A stretch of DNA of 64,000 bases from Podarcis vaucheri (taxonomy: Eukaryota). A program made the position numbers and the translations under genes. Location of the stretch: NCBI GenBank assembly GCA_965113315.1, contig OZ220374.1; one strand, written 5' to 3'. Shown here piece after piece: positions 63,024 to 64,000 of the stretch. Under the pieces are notes generated by a model. The model was not told where the DNA came from, did no database searches, and saw only the letters and a list, made by a program, of their open reading frames with translations. Positions within the stretch are counted from its first letter, which is position 1. Each line of letters begins with the position of its first letter.

Positions 63024-64000
63024 AAATGCTTGTTGACAAAATATCCTCTCTTTTTTATTATTAAAAGTTACATATCTATATAAACATTTATCTACACGTC
63101 TAGGCACACATGCAGACCCGCATCCAAATGCGAAAGTCCCGAGTATATACAAAACAACCCAAAGCAACTAACGATAACTCTCTCAACCTGGTACTTGGAA
63201 ATGAATGTTAATATAATCACTAAGATCTGCTCTCTCACAGTGATCTACTTTATATATGAGAATGAGCGAGCAGGCTGCTAGCCACCCAGCAAGCAACCCA
63301 AATATTACTTGGGCGGAAATCTCGTGGATTCCAATCAGAGTTCCTTCCCCATAGTATAATGGGGATATAAAAGAGAGATTTTGCTTAAGATGAGTCTACT
63401 GGTTCGTTGGAAAACATACATCTGATTTCGAAGTAGGTCCTAATTAACTAATTCATGATTTGTTTTTCAAACGCATCTCGCGAGGTATATATAAGCTGGT
63501 ATAGTCCGCACTTTGGAGAGGAAGTCACTGAAATTTCTGGAATGAAATGACTATAAGGCGCTTTAAGGCGCCGTCTGGAGGGTGCACGGTAGCCCCCGGA
63601 ACACGGAATTAAGGACAATGCCATTAGCAAAGATATAACACGTATAGAACCTATTTCCATAGCATATTCCCAAAATATTTCTCCTACGAGCAATTTTTCT
63701 CCCCGCCCCCTTTTTATTCATTTAAAGCAAAACTGAGTGCTATCTCTCATATATATATATATGGAAAGATAAATAAGAGTGGTGAATGAATAAGGGCAGA
63801 TTTCCTGCTGCTCTGTTAAAAGCGTGTGGCACAGTTTTAATATTCCCCCTATTATAAAATACAATTCAAAAATTGTCCAGACTGTGGGTCCTTTAAAAAA
63901 TCTAGAGCTTGCCTCTCTGGTAAAATGGCGCCTCTCTAAGTCCTGCCTCTTTCTTAGTGAGGAGGAAAGAGCCATAAATCCGTTGTTGTTTATGAAAATT

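Noticed and set aside
63920-63945. CTCF-like GGCGCCTCTCT near the window end
   Set aside because: Poor match outside the GGCGC end of the core

Overview
Vertebrate genomic DNA covering the posterior (5') half of a HoxA cluster, all genes on the + strand in the order HoxA13 - HoxA11 - HoxA10 - miR-196 (HoxA-linked locus) - HoxA9 - HoxA7. Each gene has two exons split by a phase-1 GT-AG intron, and all five spliced ORFs are intact. A non-mammalian amniote, most likely a squamate reptile, is inferred from the short HoxA13 poly-Ala N-terminus, the 196a-type mature miRNA at the HoxA locus, homopeptide expansions and scattered degenerate palindromic repeats; the species cannot be determined. No new protein-coding system was found. 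The most interesting signals are regulatory: uORFs in all five leaders (including a TAATG/ATGA chain at HoxA7), a 173-nt HoxA9T-type exitron, a probable alternative HoxA10 first exon lacking its ATG, an N-to-S change in the Hox10 NWLTAKSG motif, oriented CTCF motifs, miR-196 site arrays and tandem duplications of motif-rich DNA. Comparisons with human or mouse are from recall and need alignment to confirm. Two assembly gaps are present.
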